Origin: Armatimonadia bacterium | Lineage (GTDB): Bacteria > Armatimonadota > Zipacnadia > Zipacnadales > UBA11051 | Assembly: GCA_039683575.1 (NCBI GenBank) | Contig: JBDKRC010000029.1 | Location: forward strand, 1-12,160 | Direction: 5' to 3' | Length of the DNA stretch: 12,160 bases | In this document: positions 6,889 to 12,160 of the stretch, in pieces | Numbering within the stretch: the stretch's first letter is position 1 | Layout: every line of letters begins with the position of its first letter | The notes under the pieces: model-generated | The model's database searches: none | The model's input: the letters and a program-made list of their open reading frames with translations, nothing else | What the model was told of the DNA's origin: nothing | Program-made: the position numbers and the translations under genes

Positions 6889-9831
6889 CTACTTTCGCAC
6901 CTTGATGCCAGCCGCACTCACGGCGCCCTGCCCGCGCACAAACATCGCCGTGGACTGGCCCTTGGCACCGCCGACCAGCGCCGTCACATCGGCCGCTGAG
7001 GAGAAGCTACCGGCGCTGACCTTTGGCGCTCCGGCATCCTTCCAGGCGATCAGGTCGTTGCCTACCTGCAGCGCCACACCATTCTCGTTCGTAAGCAGCT
7101 TGCACTGCGGCAGCTTGCTCTCTTCGCCTGTCCGGTAGGGGATGAGCACCGTCACAAAGCGCATCGTCTGCGCCGGGGCGGTGGTGGAGGCCTGGAAGTG
7201 CCACTGATTGGGCACTTCCTTCTCCGGTTGCACCGGGAACTGGTCGGTCTGCGTGAATTCGAGTTTGTCAGGCGTCAGGAACTGCACACGCAGCCTGGAC
7301 CCGCCCTGTTCGGACGTCAGGGCGAGGTTCGCGGGGTCGAGCTTCATCTCGCTGCGCGCGTGGAGTAGCCACTGGTACGTTGAAGGCTGCGAGCCTTCGA
7401 GTTCGTCGTAGATGACGAAGTAGCCGGATGCGGGCGAGACGCCCGCACTACGCGTTGAGGAGATGGCGTCCGCGACGCGGGAAGCTGATGGGCGGACGAA
7501 GAGCACGTGGCGAAGGAACTTCCTTAGTCTGCCTCCATAGGCGCGGGTCGCGTCTCCGGTCGTGTAGCAGAAGTCGTCGGTGTTCTCAAACTCAGTGATG
7601 AAGCCCTTGGAGGCGAAGCTGCGCGTCACCTGGCCCTTGTTGTCCACCAGGATCGAGTTGTGGGCCTTGGTTTCCCAGACCCACTGCGCATGGTGGGGGT
7701 TGCCATAGCGATGGTAGTAGCCGCTGCTGATGGCGAGGGGCTCAGTGTAGGCCTCCAGCACGAAGGCATTCTGGTTGGCGTGGTTGTGGCTCGTGGCCCC
7801 GTAGGGGCTGCTGTGGAGCAGGAACAGGAGGTTGTCCTCCGGCTTGGCCATGTTGCTGTGCATGGCCACCCAGCCCACGTGCGGGAAGTTGCGCGCCTGG
7901 GGCAGGTCGGTGGGGGGCTTGGCCTTGAGCTCGGGCTTTGCGATGTTGAACGCCATCGCCCCGCCACCGGGGCCACCGCCGGTCTGCTCGGCATACCAGC
8001 GGAAATACGGGTTGTCGTAGATGCTCGAAAGGGCGTAAAGCAACTGGCCCTGCCCTGCCCCAACACCGTTCTCGTGGCCATCGCCGAAGGCTGAAGCCTT
8101 ACGCTTGGGATAGGCGCAGTATAGGCCGAAGTACCCGGTGTTCTGCAGGTAGGGCTTGTTCTTCCACGGTATGCCGAGGCGGTCGAGTTCCTCGACGACC
8201 ATCGTCATCATGCTCATGTAGGCCGACCAGTAGCCGATGCCCTCATGCCAGCCGCCATCGTCGCTGCCCCAAACCGGGTAGACCGACCAGAGCAGGCGGC
8301 TGTAATAGTCCAGCCACTCCTTCGCCTCGGGCAGTTCATGGCCGAAGACGATCATGCCCTCAACCATGAAGCCGATCATGCGGCCCTGGTGGCTGCCGTA
8401 GGGCTTGCTTTCGAAGGGCATCTTGCGATGCATCTCGTTGGTCTGTACGAGGCGGGCGCGGAGGAAGGCCTCGATGGTCTGGCGTTCGTCGGGGCTCAGG
8501 GCGTCGTAGATCCAGTCATAGGTCCGCGGGCCGTGCATGATGATATCCATGTGGGCCTCGTCGTTGTGGTAGACGTTCGTGGGCCCGTCTATCTTCCAGG
8601 TCGCAAAGTGCAGGAGCCGCCGCTTGGCCTCATCGGCGTACTTGCGGTCACCGGTGCAGACATAGGCGAGGGCACAGGCCTCCATGCCGGCGGTCCAGGG
8701 GCGCATGGTCTGGAAGCTCAGGAGATAGGCTTTCCCGTGCTCCTGTGGGTCCTTCGGCAGCCAGTCGGGCTCGGGATAGAGAGGTTGGCCGAGGTGCCGG
8801 TCAGCGTTGCTGACAATGCCCCTCACCATGCTCTTATACTTTCCGTCGGCGTCCGCGCGGATCTCAGCCACCTTCTCCGGGGTAAAGTAGATGCGCGGGC
8901 GCACCTGCGGGATCTTCTGCAGCCACGTCTCCACGGGCGGGCGCGGGTAAGCAATCGCGTCGGCAGGGATGGTGAAAGAGCGGGCCTTGCTGAAGACCGG
9001 CTTTGCATTCGCACCCTCGAACCCGTACCGCCAGTACCACTTGCCGGGCTTGATCGTCTCGGTGGGGGTATAAACGCTCAAGTCAATGTCACGCACGGTG
9101 ACGGCATTCTGCTTGAAGCTGGCGTCCTGACTGTACTGGACGAGGTACTTCTTCACTCCGGTGGCGGGGACCCAGATGAAGGCAGGCGGGTCTACCGATA
9201 CGGTGGTGCCATCCTCCGGAGCATAGCTGATCTGGTCCTCTGCGGCAGGCTGGTCAAGCATCTGGGCCATCATCCGGTTGATCTCCTCGTCGGTCGGCAC
9301 TTGGGCCACCACGTCATCCCAGAGCACGGTACCGGGGGTGAAGAAGTTGAATAGTTCGACCGCGACGTGCCCCGTCTGGGCAGGAACGACGAAAACGCGT
9401 TCGAAGGCGGTCCACTGCTGCGCCGGGGGAAGACGGTAGTTGAAGTCTGAGAGGTAGTCCCAGCCCTTCTCACCCTTCAGGTACGTAAGGCGCACCACTG
9501 CGCCTTGAGCCCCCGCGGCGAAGCCTTCAGTCCGGTACCAGCCGGAGACGTGCAGGTAGCCGGGACCCACAGGCAACGACTGCTGCCACGCTCCACGCTG
9601 TTCGGTGGTCGCACAGCGCGTCCCCAGAGCGCCGGAACCATTGCGCCCCACGGTGCGCTCACTCAGCGGCGTGCCGCCCGTCTTGTAGTCTCCAAAAGAC
9701 CAACCGACAGGCTGGCCCTTGTCATCAACCTGGTCAAAGCCGGGATTCTTCAGGAGATTGGCTGGCTGCGACTGTGGGAACACGAGGGAACCGAGGGCGC
9801 ATGAGATGAGGAAGATAATCGGCCGTGTCAT
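6889..9831 (-). CDS. Exported polysaccharide lyase: N-terminal CBM4/9-like module + DUF4962 + heparinase II/III-like domain (PL15-like)
   Basis: Hydrophobic N-terminus from ATG 9831; CBM-like NLLKNPGF...WQQ...SGWYRTE...VLWDDV; PAFIW/YSQDASF DUF4962 start; YGSH, GGWHEGIGYW, FGD, SSPYGATSHNHANQNAF and TKAHNSILVD motifs as in PL15/heparinase II-III lyases. The ORF-track TTG start at 9867 coincides with the -35 box, so 9831 is preferred. Confidence 0.85.
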   Translation of the reverse strand: MTRPIIFLISCALGSLVFPQSQPANLLKNPGFDQVDDKGQPVGWSFGDYKTGGTPLSERTVGRNGSGALGTRCATTEQRGAWQQSLPVGPGYLHVSGWYRTEGFAAGAQGAVVRLTYLKGEKGWDYLSDFNYRLPPAQQWTAFERVFVVPAQTGHVAVELFNFFTPGTVLWDDVVAQVPTDEEINRMMAQMLDQPAAEDQISYAPEDGTTVSVDPPAFIWVPATGVKKYLVQYSQDASFKQNAVTVRDIDLSVYTPTETIKPGKWYWRYGFEGANAKPVFSKARSFTIPADAIAYPRPPVETWLQKIPQVRPRIYFTPEKVAEIRADADGKYKSMVRGIVSNADRHLGQPLYPEPDWLPKDPQEHGKAYLLSFQTMRPWTAGMEACALAYVCTGDRKYADEAKRRLLHFATWKIDGPTNVYHNDEAHMDIIMHGPRTYDWIYDALSPDERQTIEAFLRARLVQTNEMHRKMPFESKPYGSHQGRMIGFMVEGMIVFGHELPEAKEWLDYYSRLLWSVYPVWGSDDGGWHEGIGYWSAYMSMMTMVVEELDRLGIPWKNKPYLQNTGYFGLYCAYPKRKASAFGDGHENGVGAGQGQLLYALSSIYDNPYFRWYAEQTGGGPGGGAMAFNIAKPELKAKPPTDLPQARNFPHVGWVAMHSNMAKPEDNLLFLLHSSPYGATSHNHANQNAFVLEAYTEPLAISSGYYHRYGNPHHAQWVWETKAHNSILVDNKGQVTRSFASKGFITEFENTDDFCYTTGDATRAYGGRLRKFLRHVLFVRPSASRVADAISSTRSAGVSPASGYFVIYDELEGSQPSTYQWLLHARSEMKLDPANLALTSEQGGSRLRVQFLTPDKLEFTQTDQFPVQPEKEVPNQWHFQASTTAPAQTMRFVTVLIPYRTGEESKLPQCKLLTNENGVALQVGNDLIAWKDAGAPKVSAGSFSSAADVTALVGGAKGQSTAMFVRGQGAVSAAGIKVRK
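7429..7451 (-). repeat. REP-like palindrome (GTAG + GC-rich hairpin) inside the lyase CDS
   Basis: The minus strand reads GTAG-TGCGGGCG-TCT-CGCCCGCA: a GTAG tetranucleotide directly followed by a perfect 8-bp stem with 3-nt loop. Only one clear copy is in this window. Confidence 0.6.
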
Positions 9832-9837
9832 GGCGGC

Positions 9838-9867
9838 ATCATACTCGGCCCCAAAGGCGTTCGTCAA
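9838..9867 (-). promoter_or_regulatory. sigma70-type promoter for the lyase operon (predicted leaderless transcript)
   Basis: TTGACG (9867-9862), 18-nt spacer, TATGAT (9843-9838), then 6 nt to the ATG at 9831. No SD upstream of the ATG. Confidence 0.7.
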
Positions 9868-9984
9868 ATCGCATCTGGTTCGGAACCGAGAGACCGCAAC
9901 TGACCTGATGCTGGGCTGTCTGAGTATGGACAGAAGGCTATTGGAGAGGGCTCTGGACCATCTTCGCCGTACGGATGTGCTGAC

Positions 9985-10938
9985 TTGCGGAAGTTATTGT
10001 TCACGACACTGATTGCTGCCCTACTCGCCAGTGTGGCAGTGGCTATGCCTGACCCGCCCGGACCCGCTACGGTCCACGTAGTGCGGGCTCCGGTGATTCT
10101 GACCGACCAGAAGATCTCCGCGCCTAAGGTGCTCTACCCCGAAGGCCGTGTGGATTTTGACGTTGTCGAGGCGATGGTTGACCGGATGATCACTGCCGTA
10201 ACCGGCAAAGAGGGCTGGATGGCCTGGCAGTCCATCTTCGCGGCCAACGACCGGGTTGGGATTATGGTGGATGCCGGGGCGTACCCGGCGCAGATGGCCA
10301 CTGTCGAAACTCTGATCAACCGGCTTGTTGGGGCGGGCCTTACCCCCTCGAATATCCTGGTCTTCTCCGGCAGCGAGAACGATCTTTTCGCGGTGGGCTA
10401 TCGCGTGCGACACGAGGGGCAGGGAGTGCGCGTATACGGGGCTGATTCTGAAGGGTACCGCGGCGGGGTCAGCCGCATCCCCAGCGATTACTGTGACGCC
10501 ATCATCAATCTTGCCGCCCTGCAGGTCGATCCTGACGCCGGCTTCGCAGGCTGCGTGGCCAACGCCCTGAATTGCGTGCCATTCGCCCAGCGTGTGGCAG
10601 CGCGGCGCGACCTGGCAGTGCTGCCCAAGGCCGCGGCGCACCCTGTTGTGCGCCAGAAGACGCGGCTCTATCTGCTCGAGGCTTATGTTCCCCTCCTGGA
10701 TGTCCAAGGCGCAAACAAGGTGACTTACCAATACAAGGGCCTGATTGCCGGGACGGACCCCGTGGCTGTAGACCTCATCGGCCGGAAGGTGCTGCAGGAG
10801 TGCCGGACGGAGCAGAAGGGCAGCGAGTGGCCGCTGCCGCCGACGGCTGACTATCTGCAGATAGCGCAACAGAAGTACCGGCTGGGGCAGGCGGAGGCGG
10901 ACAAGGTTATGGTCACCGAATCAGACATCAGCCGCTGA
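9985..10938 (+). CDS. Exported DUF362-like domain protein
   Basis: Signal peptide MRKLLFTTLIAALLASVAVA (TTG start); VEAMVDRMI, NDRVGI, CDAIINL and GLIAGTDPVAVD resemble DUF362 motifs. Confidence 0.7.
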   Translation: MRKLLFTTLIAALLASVAVAMPDPPGPATVHVVRAPVILTDQKISAPKVLYPEGRVDFDVVEAMVDRMITAVTGKEGWMAWQSIFAANDRVGIMVDAGAYPAQMATVETLINRLVGAGLTPSNILVFSGSENDLFAVGYRVRHEGQGVRVYGADSEGYRGGVSRIPSDYCDAIINLAALQVDPDAGFAGCVANALNCVPFAQRVAARRDLAVLPKAAAHPVVRQKTRLYLLEAYVPLLDVQGANKVTYQYKGLIAGTDPVAVDLIGRKVLQECRTEQKGSEWPLPPTADYLQIAQQKYRLGQAEADKVMVTESDISR

Positions 10939-10965
10939 TTGTCGCACCAAGCGTGGGAGAGGCGA

Positions 10966-10996
10966 AACGCCCCGGCCTGTTACAGGTCGGGGCGTT
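10966..10996. terminator. Hairpin, probable bidirectional terminator between convergent genes
   Basis: AACGCCCCGGCCTG (10966-10979) / CAGGTCGGGGCGTT (10983-10996): 14-bp stem with one G-T pair and weak T-rich tails on both strands. Confidence 0.7.
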
Positions 10997-11031
10997 ATTG
11001 CTACTCGCGGCCAGCTATTGGCTCGGCGATC

Positions 11032-11691
11032 TTAGAACTTGGTGTCATAGCCGAAGCTGTAGAACGGGGAGCCGGACTTCCAGCCGGTGCGGAGCTCGAG
11101 GTCACGGCCTGCGCGATAGACGCCCACGTATGACGGGTCGTGGTTGTAGCTGAAGGCGGCAGCGCCGATCCGGGGGGTGAACAGGAACTGGAAGCCGCCG
11201 AAGAAGGCATCGCCGTGGTAGTTGTCACCCCAGGCCACGTGGATGCGCACCAACGGATCGTTGAAGGTGGGCTTGCCCTGCGGGACGTGGATGTTGTAGG
11301 CGCTGAGATAGAACGGGGAGATGCGGTCGTCGCCCAGCCACTTGGAGCCGGTGATGTTGGTGGCGCCCACTATCAGGCTCGGCTTGCCGGGCTTTTCCTT
11401 GACCAGCGCATAGTAGATGTTGCCTTCGGTATACTGGTGATCATTCTCCACGTCCACGGTCAGCAGATCGACTTCGAGGCGATCGGTGACCCCATAGAAG
11501 AACTCGCCGATCTGGGCGTTGTCGGGCGCGGGCCCGGGCGGCGTGTCGAGGTCCCAGAAGATATAGTTGAACTCGAACGCATCCTTCGCCATCATGTTGC
11601 CCGTAGGCATTGCGACAATGTCCCCGGCGAACGCGGGAACAGCCAACCCCACCGCCATGGTGAGCGCGACCAAACACAGCAGCTTAGACAT
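11032..11691 (-). CDS. Exported protein, probable outer-membrane beta-barrel (YjbH-domain-like)
   Basis: GGAGG SD before ATG 11691; signal peptide ending VPAFA; N-terminal IVAMPTG motif; many amphipathic aromatic strands; C-terminal YSFGYDTKF ending in Phe. Confidence 0.6.
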   Translation of the reverse strand: MSKLLCLVALTMAVGLAVPAFAGDIVAMPTGNMMAKDAFEFNYIFWDLDTPPGPAPDNAQIGEFFYGVTDRLEVDLLTVDVENDHQYTEGNIYYALVKEKPGKPSLIVGATNITGSKWLGDDRISPFYLSAYNIHVPQGKPTFNDPLVRIHVAWGDNYHGDAFFGGFQFLFTPRIGAAAFSYNHDPSYVGVYRAGRDLELRTGWKSGSPFYSFGYDTKF

Positions 11692-11879
11692 AGTACATCC
11701 TCCCGAATGTGTAACCCGCACAAGCGAGCGTTGGGCATGGGTTCCGCGCGATCCAGCTCAGTACCTCTTCAAGAAGCGATGACAGTGGCGCCGGAGACGA
11801 TGAGATGACTAAGCGGGAAGGGACGAGAGGGAGCGGAGGCGAAACTGCCCGACGACTATGGACACACAGGAGCATTGAC

Positions 11880-12160
11880 ATGGCTATCAAGACGGCATCG
11901 CAGGCGATTGTGGAGGCTTTGCAGGCAGAGGGTGTTAAGTACGTTTTCGGGCTGCCGGGCGGCCACAGTGTTGCGATTTTCTACGATGAACTGAGTAAGC
12001 AGGATCAAGTGCAAGCGATCCTCGCCCGCCACGAGACCGCCGGGGCGTTTGCGGCCCTCGGCTATGCCCAGATGACCGGCGAAGTGGGCGTGTGTCAGGG
12101 GACGGCAGGGCCGGGCTTTTCCCATATGCTTGTCGGGCTGCACGAGGCGTTCTACTCAAA
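11880..12160 (+). CDS. Thiamine pyrophosphate-binding enzyme (acetolactate synthase large subunit-like), N-terminal part, 3' truncated by window edge
   Basis: Manual translation gives MAIKTASQAIVEALQAEGVKYVFGLPGGHSVAIFYDEL...ILARHETAGAFAALGYAQMTGEVGVCQGTAGPGFSH, with the VFGxPG, RHE and GPG motifs. AGGAG SD at 11868-11872. Confidence 0.92.
   Translation, partial: MAIKTASQAIVEALQAEGVKYVFGLPGGHSVAIFYDELSKQDQVQAILARHETAGAFAALGYAQMTGEVGVCQGTAGPGFSHMLVGLHEAFYS

Noticed and set aside
8245..9354. 369-aa + strand ORF
   Set aside because: Antisense shadow of the lyase gene caused by codon bias; no SD or motifs.
10021..11808. 282-aa (-) and 222-aa (+) ORFs
   Set aside because: Antisense shadows of the DUF362-like and beta-barrel genes, which have signal peptides and better family signals.
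11692..11879. Possible riboswitch or leader peptide upstream of the TPP enzyme or barrel gene
   Set aside because: No TPP-riboswitch core (CTGAGA...ACCTG), T-box or branched-chain-amino-acid-rich leader peptide recognisable by eye; only a purine-rich stretch. An Rfam scan would be decisive.
11856..12159. Short - strand ORFs at the window end
   Set aside because: The + strand frame from 11880 has an SD and clear TPP-enzyme motifs.
1..12160. CRISPR array, transposase, integrase, prophage or defence system
   Set aside because: No regularly spaced repeats and no ORF with matching motifs; nearly all sequence is explained by the genes listed.

Overview
GC-rich bacterial chromosomal window with four parts. 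(1) A + strand translation-related operon: 3' end of a DUF1385-like gene, prfA, prmC, short TsaC-type threonylcarbamoyl-AMP synthase and a YchF/DUF933 paralog with a degenerate ATPase domain, closed by a hairpin terminator at ~4031-4064. (2) A tightly coupled - strand operon (9831 to 4092): exported CBM + DUF4962/heparinase II/III (PL15-like) lyase, exported class 3 lipase, BNR/sialidase-like protein and TIM-barrel sugar-phosphate isomerase/epimerase, apparently driven by a near-consensus sigma70 promoter giving a leaderless mRNA. (3) An exported DUF362-like gene converging on a probable outer-membrane beta-barrel gene at a shared hairpin. (4) The 5' end of a TPP-dependent enzyme missing from the ORF track. 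No tRNA, rRNA, CRISPR or transposase is visible. The most notable points are a GTAG-type REP-like palindrome inside an apparent in-frame insertion in the lyase gene, the likely inactive YchF paralog, the leaderless promoter, and the lyase+lipase+sialidase-like gene combination. Family calls come from motif recognition by eye, not database searches. I cannot demonstrate a wholly new system here.
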